IMG/VR virus record: IMGVR_UViG_3300032295_003763 | Location: 64,001-128,000 of that record | Length of the DNA stretch: 64,000 nt | DNA from: a virus | Lineage: Duplodnaviria; Caudoviricetes | Reading direction: 5' to 3' (one strand) | In this document: positions 30,473-40,302 of the stretch, in pieces | Layout: each line of letters begins with the position of its first letter | Numbering within the stretch: the stretch's first letter is position 1 | The notes under the pieces: model-generated | What the model was told of the DNA's origin: nothing | The model's database searches: none | What the model saw: the letters and a program-made list of their open reading frames with translations, nothing else | Translations under genes and position numbers: made by a program

Positions 30473-31378
30473 TTATTGTGATTTTTCAAGTATAATTGTT
30501 TCAGGTTCTTTATATATCTGTTTATTTTCAAACTCCTGATTTATTACACTATTTTCTTCACTTTTATAATAAAGCATAAGTTTCTCTTTGATTGACTCTT
30601 TAACTTGATCGATTGTCAAATTATTCATAATATGTTCAATAACATAATCGATAGCATTATCATAAGATTCATCAATGATATTAAAAAATTCCTTTTTAAC
30701 TAGATCTATATTAATATCAATTGTAATAGGAGTAGGATTTTTCTTTCTAGATGCCAACAATTCTCTTAATGGGCTATTAGGAAGACTTGAGCTAGAAGTT
30801 ACTGCCTGAACAGGCTTAGGTTCAGGTTTAGAAGCTTTAGGTTGATATACAGGTTCTGTAGGAATTTCTACTTCTTCAACAAATTCATCACTGATACCTA
30901 TATCTGCAATGAACTGACTTTCAAGATCTTCTAATAAAATATTATAACCATCACTCATAGTTAATTGGATTTCGCCATTATTCATATCACATCCAACTAC
31001 TTCTACAATAGTACCGAAATTTTTACTAGTAATATACTTAAAAGTTTTACCAACAACCTCTCTTTTTACTGTTTCCAAAATATCTTGTGGGTTTGTAGGT
31101 ACTGCTGGTTTATTATTATTTTTAGCCGCCTGTAGTTTCTTTCTCTTCTCCGCTTCTCTCTGTCTCTTTCTTTGCTCAATAATATGTCTATTTTCTTCAG
31201 TAAGCAAATCAAAAGGGGGCACTGACTCAACTTTTGTTAAAGGGTTACCATCTTGACCTATGATTACTGCTCGATCTACGCCTTGTGACTCATAATGACC
31301 AGTTCCACCAACTGGCATCATCCTTGCACTTATATCGGGCATACCGCCCATATTACTATTTGAGGGTGTAAAGCTCAT
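30473..31378 (-). CDS. Hypothetical protein
   Basis: 301 aa ORF. Confidence 0.75.
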   Translation of the reverse strand: MSFTPSNSNMGGMPDISARMMPVGGTGHYESQGVDRAVIIGQDGNPLTKVESVPPFDLLTEENRHIIEQRKRQREAEKRKKLQAAKNNNKPAVPTNPQDILETVKREVVGKTFKYITSKNFGTIVEVVGCDMNNGEIQLTMSDGYNILLEDLESQFIADIGISDEFVEEVEIPTEPVYQPKASKPEPKPVQAVTSSSSLPNSPLRELLASRKKNPTPITIDINIDLVKKEFFNIIDESYDNAIDYVIEHIMNNLTIDQVKESIKEKLMLYYKSEENSVINQEFENKQIYKEPETIILEKSQ

Positions 31379-31396
31379 AAAAATCCTTATTATTTA

Positions 31397-31747
31397 TTAT
31401 GAAATTATTCTTTCGCCAAATTTCTGTTTGTATTCTGCTTTCCAGTCATCTGCATATCCCAATTCTTTGTAGTTCTTGTAATGATATGCGAATCTTTCCA
31501 ATGTTTTTAAAAAGTGATCTCGAATATTATCTTTATGTATTTTTTCTAGAATATCAGCTTGAATCCTAAACACATGATCAATACCTACGATTTTCCAAAC
31601 TAGATATTCTATGTTTGTTTGGAGATTATAAGAGTATTCAATATCTACAGGATACCAACCATCAGGTTCCAACCCATGCATAACCTTTTTGGTTAAAGGA
31701 TTTACATTGTTCAAATCGTATAATGTAACTATTCTTGACATATTCAA
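31397..31747 (-). CDS. Hypothetical protein
   Basis: 116 aa; GATATATA at 31771-31778. Confidence 0.7.
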   Translation of the reverse strand: MNMSRIVTLYDLNNVNPLTKKVMHGLEPDGWYPVDIEYSYNLQTNIEYLVWKIVGIDHVFRIQADILEKIHKDNIRDHFLKTLERFAYHYKNYKELGYADDWKAEYKQKFGERIIS

Positions 31748-31856
31748 TCTATAAATAATACAACTTATCTTATATATCTAAGATTAAATTTTGTTGAAAA
31801 TTTTGTTATTATGATAATAAATATTAATTTTGCTAAAATTATCATTGGGTCATATT

Positions 31857-33296
31857 ATGTCTTTTAAACCAAGTGTTTATCAAGAAGCAATTTTTAATCA
31901 TATAAAAAATTCAAGTCAAAATGCTGTTATTGAAGCTGTCGCTGGTTCTGGTAAAACAACAACTTTAATAGAATCTCTGAAAATTGCAAATACTGATAAT
32001 GTAATATTTGTAGCATTTAATAAACATATAGCTGAAGAACTTAAACCTAAAGTACCTAAAGGCGTTAGAGTATCCACGATGCATTCTTTTGGATATGAAC
32101 AGATATTACGTACCTACGGGAAAATTAATATAGATCATTTAAAAGTTAAAAAAATTATACAGGCTAAAGCAAAGGATTTATATTTAGCATTTTCTGAAAA
32201 TAAGAATGAATACGCTGAAGATCTTTCTAGTCTCGTTGATTTATTAAGATTGAACCTATGTTCTTCCGTAGATGAGGTACTAGAAGTAGCATATAAGCAT
32301 TCTTTGAATAATGCTTCTGATAGTTTGGTAAATGATGCTTTTATCATAATGAAAGAAATGAATAGAACACGAGATTCTATTGATTTCGTCGATATGATTT
32401 ATATACCAGCATCGGAGGACATAAAGATTAAAGAGTTCGATTTGGTTTTAGTAGATGAATGTCAAGATTTATCAAAAAGTCAAATTCAACTTATGAAAAA
32501 AATGAAATCCACAGGTGGTAGGATTATTGCAGTTGGTGATAGAAATCAAGCTATTTATGGGTTCGGTGGAGCAGATAGCCAATCTTTTCAATCTTTAACT
32601 CAAATGGAAAATACGATACTACTACCTCTAAGTATATCGTATAGATGTAGTAAATTTGTTATTAGAGAAGCACAAAAAATAGTTCCAAGTATAGAATACT
32701 CTGAACATGCTATTGAAGGTATAGTTAATCACAATGGATTGATGAGAAATATAAAGGATGGTGATTTTGTCCTTTGTAGAATGAATGCACCTCTAATATC
32801 AACTGCTTTAAAGTTCTTGGCATCTGGATCAAAAGCGAGTGTAAAAGGTATTGATATTGGATCAAGAATCATTAGTAATCTTAAATCAACTAAAGAAAAT
32901 GATTTAAAAAAATCATTACTTATCCTTAAGACTAAATACTTTAGAGCAAAAGAAGAACTTGAAAATTCAAATGATAGGAAATCTAGAGTTAAATTGATGT
33001 CATTAGAAGATATGCTCAATGCAACTCAAATACTTTCAGTAGGATGTCATACGATCGATGACGTAAAGCGTAAGATTAATGATTTATTCAGTGACACTGA
33101 AACTAAGGGCGTTATATTCTCATCCGCACATAAATCAAAAGGTCTTGAAGCCGATAATGTACACATACTTAAACCTGAACTCATGCCACTCAAAAATGTG
33201 ACATTAGACTGGGAAAAGGAACAAGAAAATAACTTACATTATGTTGCCATAACACGATCTAAAAATACTTTAAGTTATATTCAAGATTCTATATAA
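31857..33296 (+). CDS. UvrD/REP-family SF1 helicase
   Basis: AVAGSGKTT, AFN, VDECQD, VGDRNQAIYGF, SYRC, HKSKGLE, YVAITR; ATG at 31857. Confidence 0.93.
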   Translation: MSFKPSVYQEAIFNHIKNSSQNAVIEAVAGSGKTTTLIESLKIANTDNVIFVAFNKHIAEELKPKVPKGVRVSTMHSFGYEQILRTYGKINIDHLKVKKIIQAKAKDLYLAFSENKNEYAEDLSSLVDLLRLNLCSSVDEVLEVAYKHSLNNASDSLVNDAFIIMKEMNRTRDSIDFVDMIYIPASEDIKIKEFDLVLVDECQDLSKSQIQLMKKMKSTGGRIIAVGDRNQAIYGFGGADSQSFQSLTQMENTILLPLSISYRCSKFVIREAQKIVPSIEYSEHAIEGIVNHNGLMRNIKDGDFVLCRMNAPLISTALKFLASGSKASVKGIDIGSRIISNLKSTKENDLKKSLLILKTKYFRAKEELENSNDRKSRVKLMSLEDMLNATQILSVGCHTIDDVKRKINDLFSDTETKGVIFSSAHKSKGLEADNVHILKPELMPLKNVTLDWEKEQENNLHYVAITRSKNTLSYIQDSI

Positions 33297-34707
33297 GCTT
33301 TGATCCTTTAGTATCAGGGTCATCTGTTATTACAAATGCTTTATTAGCATTTACAACAATACCTAATCTTCTCATAAATGATCTATTTATCAAAATCGGA
33401 GTAGTTTTGGTCGATCTATTTATTGGAGAGAATTTTACATTTTTAACCAAAACATCATTAAATACTACATCTATTTTGATTATAGGTCTTTCATGTATTA
33501 CTTCTCCAACTTCTGTTTTTGAATACTCTACAATATCATTAACAAATGTTTTATCACCAATGCTCCAAATCAATTTCCCATCCTTTTCTTCTATCTTATC
33601 TGCGTGAATACTACAGGATTTAGAGCTATTTCCAGTATCAAATTTAGCTACGAGTTCACCTATACCAGGTATAGAGATATTTTCAAGATATCCTACTTCT
33701 AAATTATAATATGACCAGTTTGATTTATTTGTTGCATAATCAATAATCTTTGTAACTATAGGTTCACCTAAAACCTTAGATATACCTTCAGTTCCAGGAG
33801 ATGAATTTACTTCTAAGATATAAGGTTTATTTGTGTTTTTATCAATCATTATATCAACACCTGACCAATGGCAACCAACTGCAGTTGTCGCATCAAACGC
33901 TAATTGCTCAAGTTCAGGTGTAATCTCATAAGAATCAACTTTACCACCTAAAGAGTAATTTGTTCTAAAATCATCTTTTACGGATTCTCTTTTCATACAA
34001 CCTAATATTACTCTATTACCTGATTTTTCTTTTAATGGATTAAATTTTTTAACCAATACTTGAATCCTAACATCAAAATCAGCATCGATTTTTTCTTGAA
34101 TTAGAATTTCACTATCTGGATCTAACTTCTTAATTGTTTGATATACAGACTTTAAAGATGCATATGAATCTACTATCGATACACCTATACCTTGTGTTCC
34201 AGATATTAATTTTACTATAAGTGGGAATTTATTACCTACTATTTCTAAAGCAGTATCTAAGAACTTTATATCAGGTACTAGTGAATACTTTGGAACTGGT
34301 AAACCATACTCTTCCAGTATTTGTGATGTAATATATTTATTTTCACAAGTTTTAATAGAATCCAAAGAATTTACTATAAAATATCTTGCCTTCTCTAATT
34401 GATAAAATAATCTACGAGTATGTGAATTTTCTATAACCCCTCTTCTTGGAATAATAACAGTAGTATCTGGATCAATCAAAATTCTTTTAGAGTTATAGAT
34501 AATTAGATGACCGTTATATACCTTTTCTAAAAGTGCATTATTGATATCAATAACATGGCATTCTAACCCTCTTTCTTCACAAACAGCTTCAAAAGATTTA
34601 GTAGTAGGGCTACCATTTGATTTTCCAGTAAATATAATTACTTTAATAGCATCTTGTTTCGATTCATTCAGAAAGGAAGAATAATCTAAAATGGTTTTAG
34701 TTTCCAT
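33289..34707 (-). CDS. rimK: RimK-like ATP-grasp ligase fused to a C-terminal RimB-like aspartyl-type protease, with CTS-like leader
   Basis: GTQGIGV, QE, DFRTNYSLGG, GVDIM, LEVNSSPG; C-terminal AKFDTG...RP...ILINR.FM. Confidence 0.88.
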   Translation of the reverse strand: METKTILDYSSFLNESKQDAIKVIIFTGKSNGSPTTKSFEAVCEERGLECHVIDINNALLEKVYNGHLIIYNSKRILIDPDTTVIIPRRGVIENSHTRRLFYQLEKARYFIVNSLDSIKTCENKYITSQILEEYGLPVPKYSLVPDIKFLDTALEIVGNKFPLIVKLISGTQGIGVSIVDSYASLKSVYQTIKKLDPDSEILIQEKIDADFDVRIQVLVKKFNPLKEKSGNRVILGCMKRESVKDDFRTNYSLGGKVDSYEITPELEQLAFDATTAVGCHWSGVDIMIDKNTNKPYILEVNSSPGTEGISKVLGEPIVTKIIDYATNKSNWSYYNLEVGYLENISIPGIGELVAKFDTGNSSKSCSIHADKIEEKDGKLIWSIGDKTFVNDIVEYSKTEVGEVIHERPIIKIDVVFNDVLVKNVKFSPINRSTKTTPILINRSFMRRLGIVVNANKAFVITDDPDTKGSKLI

Positions 34708-34756
34708 ATGGGGATAAGTATAAATTTCTCATCTATATATCAAAAAATATAAAAAG

Positions 34757-34783
34757 AAAAAGCCCAGAAATTATCTGGGCTTT
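34757..34783 (-). terminator. Rho-independent terminator
   Basis: AAAGCCCAGA/TCTGGGCTTT. Confidence 0.75.
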
Positions 34784-34786
34784 AAA

Positions 34787-35191
34787 TTATTTAATTTTAA
34801 TCTCAATTTCTTTTGATTTCTCTTTAATTTTAGGGATCTTTAATTCAAGAACTCCATTTTCATACGATGCTTCGATCTTACTACTATCCACACCAGAAGC
34901 TAACTTAAATTTGCGTTCGTATATACCAGTCCTGATTTCCGATAAATGTTCTTTATCTTTAGATGCTTTGTTAAGTTCTCTTTTAGCACGAATTTTCAAG
35001 ATAGAACTTTCGAAAGAAATTGAGATGTCTTCTTTCTTAACACCTGGGATTTCAGACATAATGTACCACGCATCATCACTCTCTGCAATATCTGTTGCAG
35101 GTATATACAAATAGCTACCTTTTGAATCTTGCATGTACATGCGTTCTGCCAAATCCATTTGGCGAAGTAGAGATGAAATTGAATCTAACAT
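34787..35191 (-). CDS. Hsp20/alpha-crystallin small heat shock protein
   Basis: PATDIAE, EIPGVKKEDI, YERKFKL, ASYENGVLELKIPK. Confidence 0.95.
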   Translation of the reverse strand: MLDSISSLLRQMDLAERMYMQDSKGSYLYIPATDIAESDDAWYIMSEIPGVKKEDISISFESSILKIRAKRELNKASKDKEHLSEIRTGIYERKFKLASGVDSSKIEASYENGVLELKIPKIKEKSKEIEIKIK

Positions 35192-35240
35192 AATATAATG
35201 GGTTATTTTTAATTAGTTCTTATTGAACTACATACATATA

Positions 35241-35326
35241 TGGCAAAAGTGTGCCAAAGTTCTTTTTTTTGATTTTTTAAGCCATTAAGTCATACATCAT
35301 AAAAAAATTGTCAGAGCGTATGACAA
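35241..35326. promoter_or_regulatory. Paired palindromes upstream of hsp20 (candidate heat-shock operator)
   Basis: TGGCA-N6-TGCCA (35241-35256) and TTGTCA-N7-TGACAA (35308-35326). Confidence 0.45.
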
Positions 35327-35366
35327 CTTTTCTCAATAAATACCTAAAATGTCTTAGGAGAAATAT

Positions 35367-36293
35367 ATGAAAAACACATATTCAGTAGGATTAATTACCT
35401 ATAATAATGTAAATAGATTCCAAGAATGTATTTCTTACATTCCTAATTTAGATTCGAAACCATTCATAGTTGTCAATGATGGAAATCCCTATGATCCTAA
35501 AGAATATAGGGATGACATGATAATTCTACAGAATAAAAATAATAAAAAAATTGCAAAAAGTAAAAATCATATCCTAAAATATCTCATGACCTTTGATACT
35601 GATTGGATTTTTATTATCGAAGATGATATGAAAATAAAGGATCCTAAAGTATTTGATAGATATATTGAAGTAGCTAATGATAGTGGGATATTGCATTTTA
35701 ATTATGCTTTACACGGAAAAGATAATTGGAATGAAGAAAAAACTGACCCTATACCAAGATTAGTATATTCAAATGGCGTATCTCTTTATGAATATGCTGG
35801 GGGGTGTTTCCAATTATATCATAGATCCGTAATTGAAAAAATAGGTCTATACGATGAGTTCTTTAAAAACGCTTGGGAACATTTAGATATGACATATAGA
35901 GCTACATTATCTGGATTTCACACTCCATATTGGTTAGCATCAGATATTACAAATTCTCATGAATTTTTAGAGCAAATTGATGAAGAAGTAGAATCTAAAA
36001 TAAGCTCAAATAAACATAATCCCTATTATTACGAAGGATTATATTATTGGAAATTTAAATATGGTAAGTGGGTGAGTGATATTCCAGATTGGATTAATGA
36101 ACAATACCACCCAGACGAAATAATGAAGATGTTTTATTATAGACAATATGAAGACTTATCAAGATTGTTTTTCAATTATTATAAAGCAGATAAATGCTTA
36201 TATTTTGATAAGGAATTTACAAATGGACATGTTTTTGAAAATGTCTGGGGATTCGTAGATAGAAATAACAAACCTATTCTTTACACAAAGTAG
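35367..36293 (+). CDS. Glycosyltransferase family 2
   Basis: GLITYN, VVNDG, FIIEDD, IGLYDE, WEHLD. Confidence 0.88.
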   Translation: MKNTYSVGLITYNNVNRFQECISYIPNLDSKPFIVVNDGNPYDPKEYRDDMIILQNKNNKKIAKSKNHILKYLMTFDTDWIFIIEDDMKIKDPKVFDRYIEVANDSGILHFNYALHGKDNWNEEKTDPIPRLVYSNGVSLYEYAGGCFQLYHRSVIEKIGLYDEFFKNAWEHLDMTYRATLSGFHTPYWLASDITNSHEFLEQIDEEVESKISSNKHNPYYYEGLYYWKFKYGKWVSDIPDWINEQYHPDEIMKMFYYRQYEDLSRLFFNYYKADKCLYFDKEFTNGHVFENVWGFVDRNNKPILYTK

Positions 36294-36897
36294 ATTCTGT
36301 ACACTTTGCAATCCAGTAAGAATCTGCTATATCATCTATAGGCTTAATCCAATTTTTCGTTTTCTTGAAATATGTTATTTCACTATTTAGTTTATCATAT
36401 AATTTCAAATTTAAACCAGTTAGTTCTACATCCAAAAACTTTTCAATCATTTGATTTTTATCAAACTTTCCACTCCCCGCTTTGGCTTTAACAGTATTTG
36501 CAGCAAAGAAATAAACATTATTTGATCCATATTTATTAACTAGACGCTCCCTTAGAATATACTGATAGCCTGCTATTTCCGCTAATCTGTTAGAACTTGC
36601 TCCAAATGCTAAATTTTCTAGACCTATTGCATCTATATCTGGAGGAAGATTTTGAATTAGGCATTCAGATAATATAATTGCATTTGTTGTAGATACTCGT
36701 TCTCTTTCGGTTACACTTGTACCATTTTGCACATCCAAACGCTGAATATCAATAATCGAAACTTCAGTATCCTGAAGATTCTTATGGCCTTTTGATTTTT
36801 CTTTGGGGAAAACCAAAAATGAACATTCTTTAGTTATTGTATCATAAATACATACAGACGGGTGATTTATCGAAAAATCTATTCCTGCTATTTTCAT
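36274..36897 (-). CDS. RuvC-like Holliday junction resolvase
   Basis: IAGIDFS, IGLEN, VKAKAG.G..DK..M, DDIADSY. Confidence 0.8.
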   Translation of the reverse strand: MKIAGIDFSINHPSVCIYDTITKECSFLVFPKEKSKGHKNLQDTEVSIIDIQRLDVQNGTSVTERERVSTTNAIILSECLIQNLPPDIDAIGLENLAFGASSNRLAEIAGYQYILRERLVNKYGSNNVYFFAANTVKAKAGSGKFDKNQMIEKFLDVELTGLNLKLYDKLNSEITYFKKTKNWIKPIDDIADSYWIAKCTESTLCKE

Positions 36898-37307
36898 TTA
36901 CTCTGTGATTCCAAAAGTTTATTAAATTCTCCAAACGATGAAACTGAAGATTCAGCTAATTTTATCATACTAGCCGCATCTATCCTTACTCTCTTTCCAT
37001 TATGTATAATGAATACTTTTTCTAAATTACCTTCATCACTCACTATGCTAACTATTCTACCTCGAATAGGTTTTTCATCCTCAAGTCGCTTCCCCGATAC
37101 ATAGTCTCCGATTTGAAATCTAGTTAATATCCATTGTTGAGCTTTATCTTTTTGGAATTCTAATTGTCCTCTATTATTAATTCTACCTAAATCAAATGCA
37201 GGATTCTCGTGACTTAAACGAGAATAATTGGATCCCCATCTGTTCAAAATATCAGATGGTGTCCAGGTTGATCCTGCAGTTTTTAATGATGATGTTACTT
37301 GTGGCAT
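36894..37307 (-). CDS. Hypothetical protein with SH3/KOW-like domain
   Basis: FQIGDYV...GRIVSI; C-terminal VSSFGEFNKLLES. Confidence 0.7.
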   Translation of the reverse strand: MPQVTSSLKTAGSTWTPSDILNRWGSNYSRLSHENPAFDLGRINNRGQLEFQKDKAQQWILTRFQIGDYVSGKRLEDEKPIRGRIVSIVSDEGNLEKVFIIHNGKRVRIDAASMIKLAESSVSSFGEFNKLLESQSK

Positions 37308-37328
37308 AATTTATAGTATTTTATTATC

Positions 37329-38945
37329 TTATCCTGTTACTTGTACTACTCTTGCTGAAACTACCCAATTAATGTTCTTTCCTGCTTCTCCAGTAGCTTG
37401 AAATAAAGGACCGCCTGATGTTGCATCAGCAGTCACATTTATATCCCATGCGTTATTATCTTCACCGATGATTTTTTTATCTACAGTTCCCACTAAAGCG
37501 ACACTCGAAGCTAAAGAACTTCTATCCATAGTAAAATATAATTTATATCCAGCTGATTCTCCATCAGAATCAGTTCTTCTCGCCACAACTAAACATTCCA
37601 CAGTCCAAGTTGAATCAGACGGAATAGCGGCTAAAAGTGAACTACCATCCAAATATAGGCTTACGGCTGAACCATTAGTAGTTGTACCCCTATAAATTAG
37701 ATTCATAGTTTGAGCATCGCCAGAAGTAGAAAAAGACCCAGAGGCGAATGCTATTTCTCCATGATTCGTTGCCTTAGCTTCATAACCCATGGCGGTACTA
37801 TAATTACCCTGGGCACCATTATTTCTTCCACCAACTATCGTAGAATAATTACCACTCGCTACTTGAACAGAATTAGATCTAGATGACTGTAAATCAACAG
37901 CATTGGATCCTCTCTTATCACCACCTGTTGAAGTACCATCAGGTAAATTCACAAGAAATGCACCAGTATTTTTGGGCTGTATAACTGCATCGATACTTGG
38001 ACTAGCACCAGTTGCTATAAGTCGAGATGCATGTATTGGTGTATTCGGTGATGTTGTGTTCAAACTTGGTGTAAACCCATCTAGACTACCCTGGTTACCC
38101 TGGTTACCTTGAGTTCCTTGCGTCCCTTGTGTTCCTTGATTACCCTGATTACCTTGAACTCCTGGATCACTTTGAGGTCCTTGTGTACCTGTACCCTGTG
38201 TCCCTTGAGGACCCTGACGACCTTGATTTCCCTGGTTACCTTGATTACCCTGGTTACCTTGATTACCTTGTGCGCCTTGAGCTCCTTGAGCCCCTTGCGT
38301 ACCTTGATTCCCTTGAGCACCTGTAATACTTTGAGGACCTTGGGTACCAACATTACCTTGATTTCCCTGGTTACCTTGACGACCTTGATTTCCCTGGTTA
38401 CCTTGATTTCCCTGGTTACCTTGACGACCTTGAGCACCCTGTGCTCCTTGTCTTCCTAATAAGCCTTGAGGACCTAATCCACCTTGAGTACCTTGGCGAC
38501 CTTGACGACCTTGATTACCCTGATTACCTTGACGACCTTGAGCACCAATTTGACCTTGAATACCTTGAAATCCTTGTGTACCTCTATTACCTTGAAATCC
38601 TTGTGTTCCACTTCCACCCTGTCTACCTTGCACACCTTGAATTCCACGTATACCTTGAGATCCTTGAATACCCTGGATACCCTGGATACCCCGTAGTCCT
38701 TGAGTACCTTGCGTTCCTTGATTACCTTGGATACCTCGAACGCCTTGGTTACCTTGAGATCCAGTTATACCTTGGAAACCTTGAGAACCAGATATACCTT
38801 GAATTCCACGTATACCTTGAGATCCTTGAATTCCTTGAGTACCTTGTTGACCTGGTGTTCCTTGAACTCCAATACCAATAGTTCCTTGGGTGCCTTGAAC
38901 ACCTTGGGTTCCTTGAACTCCTTGCGTACCTTGTGCTCCGTCCAT
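37329..38945 (-). CDS. Collagen-like fibre protein
   Basis: About 285 aa of G-X-Q triplets followed by a beta-rich C-terminal domain (ASGNYSTIVGG...GNYSTAMG). Confidence 0.9.
   Translation of the reverse strand: MDGAQGTQGVQGTQGVQGTQGTIGIGVQGTPGQQGTQGIQGSQGIRGIQGISGSQGFQGITGSQGNQGVRGIQGNQGTQGTQGLRGIQGIQGIQGSQGIRGIQGVQGRQGGSGTQGFQGNRGTQGFQGIQGQIGAQGRQGNQGNQGRQGRQGTQGGLGPQGLLGRQGAQGAQGRQGNQGNQGNQGNQGRQGNQGNQGNVGTQGPQSITGAQGNQGTQGAQGAQGAQGNQGNQGNQGNQGNQGRQGPQGTQGTGTQGPQSDPGVQGNQGNQGTQGTQGTQGNQGNQGSLDGFTPSLNTTSPNTPIHASRLIATGASPSIDAVIQPKNTGAFLVNLPDGTSTGGDKRGSNAVDLQSSRSNSVQVASGNYSTIVGGRNNGAQGNYSTAMGYEAKATNHGEIAFASGSFSTSGDAQTMNLIYRGTTTNGSAVSLYLDGSSLLAAIPSDSTWTVECLVVARRTDSDGESAGYKLYFTMDRSSLASSVALVGTVDKKIIGEDNNAWDINVTADATSGGPLFQATGEAGKNINWVVSARVVQVTG
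38087..38940 (-). repeat. 9-nt periodic collagen-coding repeat
   Basis: Recurrent CCTTG units every 9 nt on the plus strand. Confidence 0.9.
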
Positions 38946-39065
38946 AGTGTGTTTCTTATTATTATTCTACACTATATATCAAAAATTATTTTATCTTAAT
39001 TACCTTTTCTAAAATATAGATATATAATGTATAATTATTATTTTCAATTTTAAGGAATACATTTT

Positions 39066-40088
39066 ATGACGGAAGAAGAAGCAAAACAAATGCTATCTCA
39101 AAGAGATGCTGAATTTAATTCTGTAAAGGAAGTGGGAGAAGATATTAGATTAGGTTCACCTACAATCCCACCACCTAAACCTAAGCCAAAAGCAGTTCAA
39201 ACAGAAGAACCTGAACCAGTAATGGAACAATCTATATCTGAACCTGCTATCCGTACAGTTCATTCTAATTTTGATATTGGTTGGTATGAAGTACCCTTAG
39301 ATTCTTTACCAACAAAGGGTTTATTTTATCCTAATGAATCCCGTCTTTTAATTAAGCCAGCAACGGTTTCAATCATTAGACATTTTTCTACAGTTGATGA
39401 TACAAATCCTTTAGAATTAAACGATGCATTCGATTATATCCTTGAGAATCTTGTAAGATTTAATGTTCCAGGTATGCCATCATCTTACAAGAATTTAAAA
39501 GATATTGACAAGTTATCAGTTATTTTACACGTAAGAGATGCTACGTTTAAAAATGGAGAATCAAAAATAGTTAGTGATATCACTTGTTCATGTGGACATA
39601 CTGATGCTAAAACTTTAAAATGGTCAGATTTTGAATTTTTCAATTTCAATCCTGAATTAATGCAGTTTTATAATTCAGAGAATAAAATATTTCAAGTTAA
39701 TTTCAATGATCCTATGCAATCAGATGTTGGATTAACCTTGCCTTCAATAGGCATGAGAAATTTTGTTCAGAGATATGTTACTAATAAAATTAAACAAAAG
39801 AGAACATACGACAAGTCTTTTGCAAATATAGCTCCATTTATTATGGATGATTGGTCATCTATAAATGAATCGTTGTATGATCAACAACTCGAACAATCTT
39901 CAGAATGGACGACATATCAATTTGCAGCATTTGTTAGAATAGTTGATTTAGTTAAAAAATCTACAACCTCAAGAATAAAGCACAAGTGTACAAGTTGCGG
40001 TGCAGAGGTCACCGCCCCAAGTAGCTTTCGAGGAGGAATTAAATCTCTCTTTATTCCAGACTTACAAAGTATCACTAGACAGGCTTGA
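39066..40088 (+). CDS. Baseplate hub / tail assembly protein (T4 gp26-like)
   Basis: LPTKGLFYP, DKLSVILHVRDATF, CSCG and CTSCG Zn knuckles. Confidence 0.65.
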   Translation: MTEEEAKQMLSQRDAEFNSVKEVGEDIRLGSPTIPPPKPKPKAVQTEEPEPVMEQSISEPAIRTVHSNFDIGWYEVPLDSLPTKGLFYPNESRLLIKPATVSIIRHFSTVDDTNPLELNDAFDYILENLVRFNVPGMPSSYKNLKDIDKLSVILHVRDATFKNGESKIVSDITCSCGHTDAKTLKWSDFEFFNFNPELMQFYNSENKIFQVNFNDPMQSDVGLTLPSIGMRNFVQRYVTNKIKQKRTYDKSFANIAPFIMDDWSSINESLYDQQLEQSSEWTTYQFAAFVRIVDLVKKSTTSRIKHKCTSCGAEVTAPSSFRGGIKSLFIPDLQSITRQA

Positions 40089-40302
40089 AGATAATCTATT
40101 TACCTTGTCTAGATTAGGTATGAGCTTGTTTGAATTAGAAGAAGTTCCATATTGGAGATATGAGACTATAATAGAAAAAACAAATCAATGGTTTGAATCA
40201 TTGAAACAAGCAAAGCAAAATAGAACAAATGGTAAAGATCAAGTCACTACTATTTTTGATATAAATGTAAATAAAAATCCGAATCTATGGACAACGAATT
40301 AA
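40000..40302 (+). CDS. Small tail/baseplate assembly chaperone (gp51-like); start uncertain
   Basis: SLFELEEVPYWRYETII motif; lies between the gp26-like gene and the long gene; first ATG at 40120. Confidence 0.55.
   Translation: MQRSPPQVAFEEELNLSLFQTYKVSLDRLEDNLFTLSRLGMSLFELEEVPYWRYETIIEKTNQWFESLKQAKQNRTNGKDQVTTIFDINVNKNPNLWTTN

Noticed and set aside
35241-35259. Sigma-54 promoter (TTGGCACACTTTTGC on the minus strand)
   Set aside because: GG to GC spacing is 9 nt, not the required 10
38081-38999. Several alternative-frame ORFs over the collagen gene
   Set aside because: Artefacts of the 9-nt periodic repeat, which keeps other frames open
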